DNA from: Nitrospirota bacterium
GTDB taxonomy: Bacteria > Nitrospirota > UBA9217
Length of the DNA: 64,000 nucleotides
NCBI GenBank assembly: GCA_963845065.1
Contig: CAWJQQ010000008.1
Coordinates: 535,970 to 599,969 of the forward strand
Direction: 5' to 3'
The position numbers were made by a program, and so were the translations under genes. Shown in pieces: positions 18,793 through 28,873 of this stretch. The notes below the pieces were generated by a model that searched no databases, was not told the origin of the DNA, and worked only from the letters and a program-made list of their open reading frames with translations. Numbering within the stretch: the first letter of the stretch is position 1; each line of letters opens with the position of its first letter.

Positions 18793-20320
18793 GATCAGGT
18801 CAAGTTTTTAGTTGAAATTAGTTGAGTGGCCCGCGCTCCCTTCGGCTAAGGCTTTTTATCGATTCAACGGTGTAAAGCATCGTTGTGTATAAAATCGGAT
18901 TCGTAGGATCGCCATATTTGAGTTTTCTGAGGCCGAGCCATACCTAACCATCCCTCCTTATGCAGCCTTTTTGACCGTTAGGTCATTTATTTCGTCCGCC
19001 TCGATCCGTTTCATCACGTCCGCGATGAAGGCGTGACCCTTGATCTTCCTGAATCCTTGTTCAGCATATAAAAGAACAGAAGCGAGCCAGCGCTGCATCA
19101 TCTTGCTGTCGCGATAGCGCTTTATATTGCCCTCTGCTTTTCTCACCGTAGAAAACATGCTCTCAATAGGATTGGTAGAATGCAAGGTATTCCGCAAGAG
19201 AGCGGGAACCTTCAACCTGTGAAGGGTGAGAATGTCTTCTATCGCTTCCATGAGCGAATCAGCCGCCGACTCATTGATGCCCCGAAGCCATTTCTCCATG
19301 TCCAGAAGCATCTGACGAGCATCTGCGTAATTATTCTGCTCCAGGGCAGTTCGGAACCTCCTGTGTGCGTCTTTCCGGTATTTCTTCGGCAAATGATGCT
19401 GTATATTGCGGTCCTTGTGGATCGTGCACCGCTGATGGATCAATTTCTTGCCGAAGCGATCCCGGAGAGCTTTGATTACGCCTCTGCCACCATCGATGAC
19501 CCAGATGATTCGTCGTGATAGTGTCAGACCCCGCCGTTCCATATCGGAAAACAGTTCTTCGCACAATTCATGGTTCTCCGTCGCCCCCTGCCAGAATCCC
19601 AATGTCTGCTTCGTTCCAGCACTATCGAGCCCCAGCGCCACGATGAATGCCTCTCCGCCGCGGTGAACAGTGTCTAAAAAGACTGCAAAGGGGACGAATG
19701 ACGTGAGTGACCGTTCCTTAAACTCCTGAAGCTGTTTTGCTGTTGCCGCGACGATATGGCTCGACACCGTGCTGGCAGATACGCCAAATGCTTGCGCCGT
19801 ATCTACAACCGTCTCCGCATACTTCCGGCATGATATGCCACGGAGTACCTTTCCAAGCAATTCTTCTGAGAAACCTTCCGGTTTTTTCAACTTCTGATAA
19901 CTCTGAAGCGCAATCTCACCAGCCGGACCTCGAAGCCGAGGGTGGGTCACTGGGATCTTCTGATCTCCGATATAGACGGAACCGCCCTGGCTTGCCCACT
20001 TCCACAGGTCAGGACTGGTGGGCTGGTAGTCTGGCCCGGCAATCTCCTCACGCTCGATGTACATGATCGTCTCCGCCATCAGTCGGCCCATTTCCTTCAT
20101 GCATTCATCAAAACCCTGTTTACCTTTTGCGAAGACATAATACATCTGTTCAATGATCTCCTGCCTTCCATATGCCTCTTCAATTCCTCGTATTGCCTTT
20201 TTCCTCTTCCTTGTGGTATCCTTCATCGAGTGGCTCCTTTCTTTGTTTCTCTCTCTCTACCGTGGATTATGCCACGGGGGAGCCACTCTTTTCAATTTCA
20301 ACTAAAAACAGTATAACCTC
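18793..20320 (-). mobile_element. IS256-family insertion sequence, no TSD
   Basis: Imperfect IRs sharing GTTTTTAGTTGAAATT...GAGTGGC; flanks differ (GACATTAA vs CCTGCGGG). Confidence 0.82.
18958..20226 (-). CDS. IS256-family (Mutator-like) transposase
   Basis: FLD, IDGG, QRCTIHK, STNPIES motifs. Confidence 0.92.
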   Translation of the reverse strand: MKDTTRKRKKAIRGIEEAYGRQEIIEQMYYVFAKGKQGFDECMKEMGRLMAETIMYIEREEIAGPDYQPTSPDLWKWASQGGSVYIGDQKIPVTHPRLRGPAGEIALQSYQKLKKPEGFSEELLGKVLRGISCRKYAETVVDTAQAFGVSASTVSSHIVAATAKQLQEFKERSLTSFVPFAVFLDTVHRGGEAFIVALGLDSAGTKQTLGFWQGATENHELCEELFSDMERRGLTLSRRIIWVIDGGRGVIKALRDRFGKKLIHQRCTIHKDRNIQHHLPKKYRKDAHRRFRTALEQNNYADARQMLLDMEKWLRGINESAADSLMEAIEDILTLHRLKVPALLRNTLHSTNPIESMFSTVRKAEGNIKRYRDSKMMQRWLASVLLYAEQGFRKIKGHAFIADVMKRIEADEINDLTVKKAA

Positions 20321-21299
20321 CCTGCGGGTCGTCGAATGTCTCGCCTCTGACCAACAGGCTGTACGTATCGTTAAAGTCGAACTTCACGATGCCGGCAAAA
20401 CCCGACCACTTTGCTGTGCCTATCGGGACGGCGTGTTGTTCGTTAGCGTTATCATAGTTCAATATGAATGATAGTGGCTTCACCGGCTTGATCGTGGCAA
20501 TGAGATCAACCAACTGCCTGATGTCGTGGGTATTGTTGTCCTGCTCAGGTCCAGACATGTAGTTGACGTACCCTGAGAATGTATCCGAAGGTGCGTAGCC
20601 GATGCTGACGCCAATAGACTTTCCACTGTTGTTGTCTTCCGCATTGTCCCATCCGTTGACGACATACAAGCTCGCGCTTAGGGCATCGGTAAAACCATAG
20701 CTCATCTTGAGACCCGTGTGAGTAACAGGCCCTGCATAATTAAACAGGAACGACCGGGAATACTTCGGATTGTCAATTGCCTCGATCACTTCCGTGCCGA
20801 TGTAGCTGACCATCTTGCCAAGATCAAACCCGAGCCCACTGCCGATCGGCGAGCAATAAGCTCATATACGCCTCTATCAAGTCGAAAGTATCGGTTCCTT
20901 CGCCAACCTGCGCCTGGTTGAGCGGAGCGCCGCTCAAACCGCGTGCATGGATCCACGTTGCCGTCTCACCCATGGAGAGTTTGATTCTGTAGCCAATGTT
21001 GTCCGAAGTTGGTGTGTCCTCCGAGATTAGGATCTGGGCAAGATCGAGGGTAAGGCTGTTAGCATCGTGGTCGAACACCCGCAAATCGTTTACCGAGTCC
21101 TGAGTGCTGCCGTTGCTGGCGCTCTCATTGTACGTATAGCCGCCCTGAACGTAGAAGCTGATACCGAGTGCTTTCTTGATTTCACGGGCGCTCACTGCGG
21201 TGCTTCCGGTTTCGCATCGTCTGCGAATATTGGCACCGCCAAGGCCAACATGGCGCAGGATATCATCAAACCGATCTTCAAACCTAGAGTAGAATCCAT
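20321..21299 (-). pseudogene. Outer-membrane beta-barrel porin, frameshifted and truncated by IS256
   Basis: Signal peptide MDSTLG...IFAD, then fragments in different frames (GGYTYN, LRVFD, GKMVSYIGTEVIE, YSRSFLFNY..P.THTG, NGWDN); the 3' end abuts the IS256 IR. Confidence 0.8.
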
Positions 21300-21600
21300 T
21301 TTTTTATTTGAATCTCCGTACGATTTTTCGTCCGTTAGTTATTATAAGGACGGAATGGACATCCATTGGGCAATACGGGGAGTGGCAAATATAGGATGAA
21401 TAATTGACTAAAAGCTTCGACCGGAATTTAACATTTTTTTGGTGTTCCTAGCTCTCAGGCCTGCACCTACTGTCATACACATATGCCTGTTGAGAGAAGT
21501 GCGGACTTCCAATTGAATCATTCCGATATTGCGACCTCATGGGCGGGAGAAATGGTTGGTTGATACCTAACATGTCCCGTAAGTTCTCCGATCCGAAAGC

Positions 21601-22296
21601 TCATGCGGATGGAGGAGGTTCTTGTGTACTGCAAGTCCCTCCACAAGTACACGCAAGGCTTTTTGCCTTTGCCTTTTCTAACGATTCCTTTCCTTCCCGG
21701 TAACAGAGCCACGCTATCACGAACGTACCGACGGCGTCAATCCCGCCGATATGGGTGATTTCGTAACTGACGCTTGCTATGAGCAGAACGATAGAAAGCT
21801 GCAAACAGGCGCGTGTACATGCAGCATCGGAAAGGATAGCCTCGGAGTTGAGCTGTTTCCCGACTTTTACCTTGTAATGGGTCAATAGCCACATTGTGAC
21901 AATGGAGATGACGGAAACGACAACGCCCCAGAAGGTTGTGTCAGGCTTGTGCCCCCGATAAAGACCGACAGCAGCAGTAATCGAGAGACCGATGACCAGG
22001 ACGTAGAATCCGATTCCTGTGATTTTAAGAGCCGTTTGCTCGAAATGATCGAGGTTCTCTTCGCTGTCACTACTGATCCTCCTCACCATGTGCCAGATTC
22101 CAATACCCGAAACCACCTCTACGAAGGAGTCCACTCCAAACCCGAAGAGCGCCATGCTCCCGTCCGCAAATCCGAAATAAACTGAAACCGCTCCTTCTAC
22201 GATATTGTAAGCAATGGTGATGAGCGCCAAAGCGGAAGCAAAAGCGTAAAGTCTTCTATTTTCTTGAGATGCTCCAATATTAATTATTTCCGTCAT
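21601..22296 (-). CDS. Cation-efflux (CDF-like) TM-domain transporter
   Basis: YNIVEG, FGVDSFVE, LSDAACT, GIDA motifs; C-terminal CTCGGTC. Confidence 0.8.
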   Translation of the reverse strand: MTEIINIGASQENRRLYAFASALALITIAYNIVEGAVSVYFGFADGSMALFGFGVDSFVEVVSGIGIWHMVRRISSDSEENLDHFEQTALKITGIGFYVLVIGLSITAAVGLYRGHKPDTTFWGVVVSVISIVTMWLLTHYKVKVGKQLNSEAILSDAACTRACLQLSIVLLIASVSYEITHIGGIDAVGTFVIAWLCYREGKESLEKAKAKSLACTCGGTCSTQEPPPSA

Positions 22297-22364
22297 TATT
22301 CATTGGCCTTAATAAGAACTGTAACAGATACAGTAAGGAACCTGCACCGTATGCTTCAACTCCT

Positions 22365-22419
22365 ATTTTATACGTTATCACAAATTATGTCTATCTCGTC
22401 TCCACCTACAAGCATGTAG
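22365..22419 (-). promoter_or_regulatory. Sigma70 promoter plus upstream palindromic motif
   Basis: TAGACA(22393-22388)-17-TAAAAT(22370-22365); CTACA-N4-TGTAG palindrome within 22401-22419. Confidence 0.6.
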
Positions 22420-22591
22420 TGCTGTTGACTAAAAAACAATGTAATATATTACTTGAAAAGTAGTATATGAACGCGCGATTCATACACAGTGGGTACGCCA
22501 TCGTGCGGACCCGATTGTTGCTCCACATTTGTTTACAAACTCTGCAATCAGTTGACGTGCGTAAGCCTCAGCATGTTGGACAAGAATAAAG

Positions 22592-23257
22592 TCATTTGAC
22601 CTCTATCTTGATAACGATCTCCTCTGTCGAGGCCACAGGCTTACCGTTCTTTATTGCAGGAATAAAACGCCATTGTTTGAGGCTGTTTAGTAATATCCTG
22701 TTAAGACGTGGGTTCGGAGTCGGCTGAGCGAGTTCTACAGTTACGCTGCCATCGATGGCAATATGGAAAAGCGCCAACGCAACGGAATTAAACGCGTCTT
22801 CACGCAGGTCATCAGGGATTTGTGGCATTGGTTTGATAATTGCCCGGGCTCCGCTGCTTGTGTACATGTTACCTCGTGACGAGCCTTTTTCCTCGGTCGC
22901 GGCGGCAGCAGATATCACCCCGGCGGTGTTAGTTGTCAGCTCTGTCTTCTGGGCTGGCGTTTGCTGTTCGGTGCTTGATGTTACCTTAGATATCACAGGT
23001 GCCTGCAACGGTATGACCGGGGGCACTGTTTTCGGTTGATGCACGGTGGCAGTCGCAGGCGAAGCGGGCTGCTCAATCAACTGTGCATCTATAGGTGACG
23101 GCTCCATCGGCCGGTGGCTAGGCTTTCCCATAAAATATGCCAACCCCCATAACGCCACTGCCCAAATCAGCAGAGCTGTAGGCAGCGTCCAGGGGAGGCG
23201 GTGCCACGGGCTATCCATACTCCGAAGTGTTCTCATTAATGTGGTCTCACCTGACAT
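22592..23257 (-). CDS. tonB: TonB energy transducer
   Basis: N-terminal TM, Pro-rich linker, C-terminal WRFIPAIKNGKPV; follows exbB-exbD. Confidence 0.85.
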   Translation of the reverse strand: MSGETTLMRTLRSMDSPWHRLPWTLPTALLIWAVALWGLAYFMGKPSHRPMEPSPIDAQLIEQPASPATATVHQPKTVPPVIPLQAPVISKVTSSTEQQTPAQKTELTTNTAGVISAAAATEEKGSSRGNMYTSSGARAIIKPMPQIPDDLREDAFNSVALALFHIAIDGSVTVELAQPTPNPRLNRILLNSLKQWRFIPAIKNGKPVASTEEIVIKIEVK

Positions 23258-23651
23258 GTTTGACTGCTATAAGAAAATGCTGCGCACCCGCCTCATGGCA
23301 CTGAAGCATCGCCTGCACAGTTACTCCGTTGGGTGCTTCACTATCGGCCGCCACAATGATACTCGTCTCCGGCCCTTTGAGCATCGGTTTCAAGAACACG
23401 GCAAGCGTATCCAGGGTCACCGGGACCTCGTCCAGGAGGATATGGCTGTCACGGGTGATGGTAAGCGTCACCGGGGTCTCGGGTTTCATTGCCGCAGCTC
23501 GTCCCTGGGGGAGATTAACCGCCAGTGAATGCAGGTTCTGCATGGACAGCGAAGCAAGCATGAACGTGACGAGGAGAAAGAACATCACATCGATCATTGG
23601 GATGATTTCGATCCGGCCGCGCCTGTGTTGGCGAGATTTACGCAGTTTCAT
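23247..23651 (-). CDS. exbD: ExbD
   Basis: IIPMIDVMFFLLVTFM, VAAD motifs. Confidence 0.92.
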   Translation of the reverse strand: MKLRKSRQHRRGRIEIIPMIDVMFFLLVTFMLASLSMQNLHSLAVNLPQGRAAAMKPETPVTLTITRDSHILLDEVPVTLDTLAVFLKPMLKGPETSIIVAADSEAPNGVTVQAMLQCHEAGAQHFLIAVKHVR

Positions 23652-24291
23652 GGGTTCTCTCCAGATCATTTTCGGCCATCCGGATGTTGTCCACCAGCCG
23701 CGTTCCCAGTCGTTCCATTTCGTCTAGCATCTGCGATTGCCTCCGCGAAAAGAAATTGAACGCGAACAGGGATATAACGGCAATGAAGAGACCGAGCGCG
23801 GTAGCAATAAGAGCCTGGGCCACCCCTCCTGTTACGCCTGTCGGGTCCACCAGGCCGTTGCTGCCTATCAAGTTGAAGGCATGCATCATCCCGGTGATCG
23901 TCCCAAGCAGACCCAAGAGAGGAGCAGCCGTGACAATGGTTTCGAGAATCCACAACCCCCGGCTCAATGACTTTTCGATCAACTGTGCTTCATCGCCTGC
24001 GCGCGATTCCACCCACCAGACCGGCTTCCCGCGGTTGTTCATGACCACCCGGAAAAACCGCTGAAAATAGTTTTGCTGGTCGAGCCCTGTCAACTGCCGG
24101 TCTAATTCCGACCAGGAAAAATCATAGGTCTCAACGAGTTCAAGCAGCGGATTCGGAAGGCGAACGTACCTCCAATAGACGAACGACTTATCGAGTATGA
24201 CTACCGCAGCCAAGACTGCGAGCAGTAACAATGGATAGACCATCGCGCCGCCGAATTTTAATGCTTCCCACGCTATATTTATTTCTTGCAT
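23638..24291 (-). CDS. exbB: ExbB (MotA/TolQ/ExbB family)
   Basis: APLLGLLGTITGM, ALIATALGL. Confidence 0.92.
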   Translation of the reverse strand: MQEINIAWEALKFGGAMVYPLLLLAVLAAVVILDKSFVYWRYVRLPNPLLELVETYDFSWSELDRQLTGLDQQNYFQRFFRVVMNNRGKPVWWVESRAGDEAQLIEKSLSRGLWILETIVTAAPLLGLLGTITGMMHAFNLIGSNGLVDPTGVTGGVAQALIATALGLFIAVISLFAFNFFSRRQSQMLDEMERLGTRLVDNIRMAENDLERTHETA

Positions 24292-24345
24292 CGTATACCT
24301 CTCGATCAAAGATAAGTGCGGAGGGGAACTCCCCTCCGTCATTCA

Positions 24346-26709
24346 TTAAAATAATTTGCTAATGCCGGCAAAGCCACCGATCCGCGGCCCGTACTGGGGT
24401 GTGTCCACGCCGATTCCGCTTCCGTCCCTGATTTCATTTTTCCTGTCTAAAACGTTGATTACGCTCAGTCGCCACTCCATGAGGCCTAAGCTCGCCAACT
24501 CAAATTTACGCGTCGCCCCCAGATTGACCTGGACGTTTTGTGGCAATTGACCAGTATTGGCGAATCCTTTCCGCAAGCCGCTTCCGCCGGTGGCATCGGT
24601 GCTGAGAAGTGTTCCTAACCAGAGATATGAGATACCGCCCGAAGCCGTGTAGAGCTGGTCATGGTCCGTATGCACCCAAGTGTTGGTGATATAGGTTAGC
24701 TCATCAGGGTCAAAGTTAAACTGTGATGATACAACGTTTTTGGCAATGCTGACGGTACGGGCAAGATTGGCGTATGCGGCAAAATTACCGGAGCGGTAGT
24801 TGCCGGTCAGTTCCACTCCATAGATTTGTCCCTCTGAATAGTTGAAAGGAGAAAAGATCAGGGCCTGGCCGAATTGGCCCTCGTCGATCAGATTCCTGAC
24901 TTTCTTGTAGAAGCCATCAACACCGACGTTCAGCTCTGAGGTGAGCGTCTGGGTGATCCCGGCATCGTAATAGTCAGACCGCTCCGGCAAAACGGATGAA
25001 TTCAAATTGCTTGGGGCCGCATTGGAGGTGTTCGCGAAAAGGGCCAGTGTCTTGTTCGAGATCAGCTCGTCCGGCGGTGGTGTGAAGTAACGGGCATAGG
25101 CTGCATGCAGCGTGGTCTCCGATGTCGCCTTGTAAACCAGGCCCAGACGGGGACTCAGCTGATTGGCTTCTACAAAGGCGTTCATCTGGTCAAAACGGAG
25201 CCCATAGTTCACGGTCAATTTATCAAATGGTTTCCACTCATCCTGGAGGTATACGCTTGCGAGGGTGTTGCCACTCTTCGGGTTGTCGTCCGTGATCGAG
25301 TAGGGCGCACCGGTAACGTTCCCGTTGATGTCTACCGGGAAAACCGTGGAATCGTTATTGCTTTGAATATTGTCTGTGCTTGCAAAAAAGCCCATCCGGA
25401 CCGTATGAGCATCGTTCAGTCGGTAACTTCCGTCACCCTGTAATCCGTTGCTGAAACTGCTGCGGAAAACATCCGATGCTACCCCATTGAAAACAAGGTC
25501 GCCGATAGGGTCGGGCGTGAAATGGACGCTCGTGTAACGGGTGACAGCGGCGACCTGGTAATCGAAGTCCGACCCGATGGAGCTTTGCAAGGCTAAGACC
25601 CCATAACGATTGGTCTCGTACTGCCGCTCGTTGACTGCGGCAGAGTCGAAGCTGGCAATGCCCGCCCCGGCCAGGTAGCCCGGATTGGGAGGTTGTCCCG
25701 GATTATTGGGAATTTGAAACCAACCATCGTAACTGCCAAACATCAGGCTTAACCGCGTCGTGGGATTGACGAGGTATGATAAATACCCGAAGCCCTTATC
25801 TTGATCCGTGTGGTCATGGATCGCCTTGTGGCTGGAGGTCGGGTTTTCGATGCCCAAGTCGTCTGTCAGATAGGAACCGGTCAGGTAGTAGGTCAGTTTC
25901 CCTGTTGTGCTTCCGAACTCGAAACTTGGTTGCAAGGTGTTGTTGCTTCCTCCATAGAGATCGACACGCCCTCCTGGCTTAAAGTTGGCCTTGGTATCTA
26001 TTTCGATCACCCCCGCCTCGCGGAGGCCGTATTGGGCCGGCATGGCGCCGGTCAGGAGTTCGACCCGGTTGAAAAACCGAGTGTCGAATGCCTGGCCGAA
26101 TCCGGTTATCCCCTCTGGTAAGATAACACCATTAAGGCGGTACTGAATATTAGCGTGGTCACCTCGCACATGCAGCTGGCCAAACGAATCATTGGCCACA
26201 CCGGGTGCCTGGAGTAATACCTGGTTGAAAGACGTATTTTCTCCCTGAGGTAAAGCGGTAACATCTTTCTGGTCGAAACCGTATTCACTACCTCCCGTCT
26301 TTGGTGACAGGCTGTTTCGAGCCTTGTTTAAGCGCTCTGCTACGACTGATACCTCAAGTGCTTCCTGGGAGGCCAATGTCACTATTGTAGTGGTTATTGT
26401 CCCGGCCACTACTGTCACTATGGCGGTACTTGTTTGAAAGCCGGGTTTTTCTGCGATGACCGCATAGATGCCAGGTATTACACTAGAAAACACGAAGTGG
26501 CCGTCGGCATCACTCTGAGTCTTCCCCATGACAGTTTCATCGGATGCTTTTAGAACCAGACTTGCCCCGGACAGGGGTCTTCCCAGGGCGTCCTTGATCG
26601 TTCCATGGATTTCGTCAGTAGCTTCAGGGGCGGCATATGACACGGCCGCCATTATGATTAAAAGAGCGAGCGCCAATACGGCGCCCGTTAAAATATATAA
26701 TAAGCGCAT
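24346..26709 (-). CDS. TonB-dependent receptor with N-terminal carboxypeptidase-regulatory-like domain
   Basis: Signal peptide, plug (QAPGV, HVRG, NRVELLTG..A.YG), beta-barrel, C-terminal F; co-operonic with exbBD-tonB. Confidence 0.92.
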   Translation of the reverse strand: MRLLYILTGAVLALALLIIMAAVSYAAPEATDEIHGTIKDALGRPLSGASLVLKASDETVMGKTQSDADGHFVFSSVIPGIYAVIAEKPGFQTSTAIVTVVAGTITTTIVTLASQEALEVSVVAERLNKARNSLSPKTGGSEYGFDQKDVTALPQGENTSFNQVLLQAPGVANDSFGQLHVRGDHANIQYRLNGVILPEGITGFGQAFDTRFFNRVELLTGAMPAQYGLREAGVIEIDTKANFKPGGRVDLYGGSNNTLQPSFEFGSTTGKLTYYLTGSYLTDDLGIENPTSSHKAIHDHTDQDKGFGYLSYLVNPTTRLSLMFGSYDGWFQIPNNPGQPPNPGYLAGAGIASFDSAAVNERQYETNRYGVLALQSSIGSDFDYQVAAVTRYTSVHFTPDPIGDLVFNGVASDVFRSSFSNGLQGDGSYRLNDAHTVRMGFFASTDNIQSNNDSTVFPVDINGNVTGAPYSITDDNPKSGNTLASVYLQDEWKPFDKLTVNYGLRFDQMNAFVEANQLSPRLGLVYKATSETTLHAAYARYFTPPPDELISNKTLALFANTSNAAPSNLNSSVLPERSDYYDAGITQTLTSELNVGVDGFYKKVRNLIDEGQFGQALIFSPFNYSEGQIYGVELTGNYRSGNFAAYANLARTVSIAKNVVSSQFNFDPDELTYITNTWVHTDHDQLYTASGGISYLWLGTLLSTDATGGSGLRKGFANTGQLPQNVQVNLGATRKFELASLGLMEWRLSVINVLDRKNEIRDGSGIGVDTPQYGPRIGGFAGISKLF

Positions 26710-26986
26710 TTCATTCTCCTATTAATTTCGCATGACCATAAGCGCCTTGAGATGCCTCCTCACACACTGAAGCAGTAAGATACTTGCATCATATCTCAGT
26801 GAATGAGTTGATTTCATGCGTAAATGAGCCGAGCAAGCCCTTTGTTGTGCACCGACACATTTTTTCCGAAAGACGTAAGACTATTTCGGAATGATTAAAA
26901 AGTCAGTGATCCTTCGCGACCAAGCAAAGATCGCGAGGGCTGTTCCGCTTTTACCATTAGATTGAGAGAGGCAAATTCGTGGATAT

Positions 26987-27256
26987 TTACACAGGAGGTG
27001 CGCGATTGCGCAAGGAATGGGAAAAGAGATTATCGGTAAAAACAGGTGAAGGAGCGACAAATGTCGTTTCTGTGAAATGGGGGACGCTATTGAAAACAAC
27101 CATCCACTGGCCGGTTGCGGGCACATGGTTAATTGCAATACAGATTGGGCAGTCGTGGTCGTCCGCGGTATTTTCATGGTGATGCGACACCGCCACGAAT
27201 GTGGAAACAAGGAAAAGCAGAATAAGTAAAACAATGATGCGTTTGTTCCAGAGCAT
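26987..27256 (-). CDS. DUF2946/CruR-like leader protein (His cluster, CxxC, C-terminal RAPP)
   Basis: TM/signal segment, HHHE..DDHDCPIC, ends LRNRAPPV; directly upstream of the TBDR. Confidence 0.82.
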   Translation of the reverse strand: MLWNKRIIVLLILLFLVSTFVAVSHHHENTADDHDCPICIAINHVPATGQWMVVFNSVPHFTETTFVAPSPVFTDNLFSHSLRNRAPPV

Positions 27257-27279
27257 GAAGCCCCTTTCATTTCGAATCC

Positions 27280-27308
27280 ACTTTAAACTTCACCGACGAA
27301 TTTGTCAA
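27280..27308 (-). promoter_or_regulatory. Sigma70 promoter for the RAPP leader/TBDR operon
   Basis: TTGACA-17-TAAAGT. Confidence 0.6.
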
Positions 27309-27680
27309 GACATTGTGTTGATATATTGTTGACAGATACAGATTTGATTATTTAAGAGTTTCAGAAAATCGAAAATTCAAGAGTTTCAGTATCAGAATTG
27401 AATGATAACTTCATTTAGTAATCGCCAATCGTCGCGCATACATTTCGCTCCGAAGTCCACCTACAATCATGCAGCGGTGTCGACTAAATTTTGATTCAAA
27501 ATACTAAATAAAAATTGTAACGCGCGAGTGAGAGCTCTTAAGCGCGTCGTTATCGGCAGCACGTTGTAATGATTGCACTAGGTGTTGCCAGGGCTACCAG
27601 CTAAAATCTTCTCCCCCGCTGGTATTAATACAAGTCTTTAACAAAGAGAGAATCTATGACCTCAGTCAGCTTGATACGCA

Positions 27681-27721
27681 ATCCCGGCCTCGTCCATACG
27701 TATTAAAGACTAGGCCGGGAT
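27681..27721. terminator. Stem-loop downstream of the Met/His-rich gene
   Basis: ATCCCGGCCT.GTC...GAC.AGGCCGGGAT inverted repeat. Confidence 0.5.
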
Positions 27722-27757
27722 GCTAAATTCAAATCAGATTTACCAATTCACAATTAG

Positions 27758-28513
27758 CTACATCATCTTCATTTTCATCGGTTCTGCGGATGCCATCTTA
27801 TCGAGGAGATCAATAACATTCTTTGCGGCATCGCCGATCTTATGCGTATCCGCCATCATTGCGTTGCCGCTAGTAACGCCCTTCTGGTGCATGTCCATCA
27901 TCGCTTTGCCTGTCATGACTTCTGTGAGTAGAGCGCTGGCGTCTGACAGCATCATTTTCCCATGATCAATGGTATATTTGTCGACATCCTTTGACATCCC
28001 CATTTGTCCTAGCATCACCATGTTAGACCCTTGGACTGCCATCTCCAGCGCATGGTTTATCATGATATGCATGTGGTGCATGGTCATCATGTCCTCTGTC
28101 ATCGGACCTTCCATACTCATAGTATCGAGCAGGTCCGTCACGGTCATGATCGCATTGCCCAATTCATGAGTATATTTCATCATGGGATCGTTGGCATGAC
28201 CACCCTTGTGCAGAACCTGCATCTCCGGACCTTTCAGGGCTCGCTCAACAACCTCCTTACCATCCTTCATCATTTGACGACCGTGTTCAAGGGTCATTTG
28301 GTCCATCGCGGGCGTCATCTTCATATCGGCAAGCATGACCAGGTTCGAACCTTCAGCAACCATTTCAAGTCCGTGGTTCATCAACATATGCAGATGGTGC
28401 ATGTCCATGGCGGCATCGCCTCCATGCTTGGCATAAGCCGTACCGAATAAACCAATTGACAGCATGAACACCACAGCCATTACAGCTCCTAAGAGTCTCT
28501 TCTTGCTTTTCAT
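27758..28513 (-). CDS. Periplasmic Met/His-rich protein with internal duplication (putative metal-binding)
   Basis: Signal peptide (AYA); two repeats MHH.H...NH.LEM...GSN.VML..M; RBS AAAGGAG. Confidence 0.8.
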   Translation of the reverse strand: MKSKKRLLGAVMAVVFMLSIGLFGTAYAKHGGDAAMDMHHLHMLMNHGLEMVAEGSNLVMLADMKMTPAMDQMTLEHGRQMMKDGKEVVERALKGPEMQVLHKGGHANDPMMKYTHELGNAIMTVTDLLDTMSMEGPMTEDMMTMHHMHIMINHALEMAVQGSNMVMLGQMGMSKDVDKYTIDHGKMMLSDASALLTEVMTGKAMMDMHQKGVTSGNAMMADTHKIGDAAKNVIDLLDKMASAEPMKMKMM

Positions 28514-28873
28514 TTCATCTGCTCCTTTCGCCATAATTAGATTTTGCAACAGAATGAGTGATGTCTTTAAATCTAAAAATATCAAAATAATGCAATAGAG
28601 TCTGTCGCCGATTTCCCTCCTTCCCTCACTTTAATAAAAAATCTCTCTTATGAATGTAGCGCTCTGTGTTCAGCGATATAGCCCGATCTGAATTATTATC
28701 GATAACGGCATAAGCGTGCGCTATGCGAACAGTGACGTTAAGATACCAATATTATTAACTGTGCACTTTTACAGCATGCGTTCAGGAAGTTATCGTCTTA
28801 ATGTCTCTTCATCGTGAGCATAAAGTACAATAAAAAGTTAAACACGAATGTTCATCGGCCCCGTGTGCTATCT

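Noticed and set aside
26710..26986. Cobalamin or NiCo riboswitch upstream of the TBDR
   Set aside because: Hairpins are present but no B12-box or NiCo consensus was recognised
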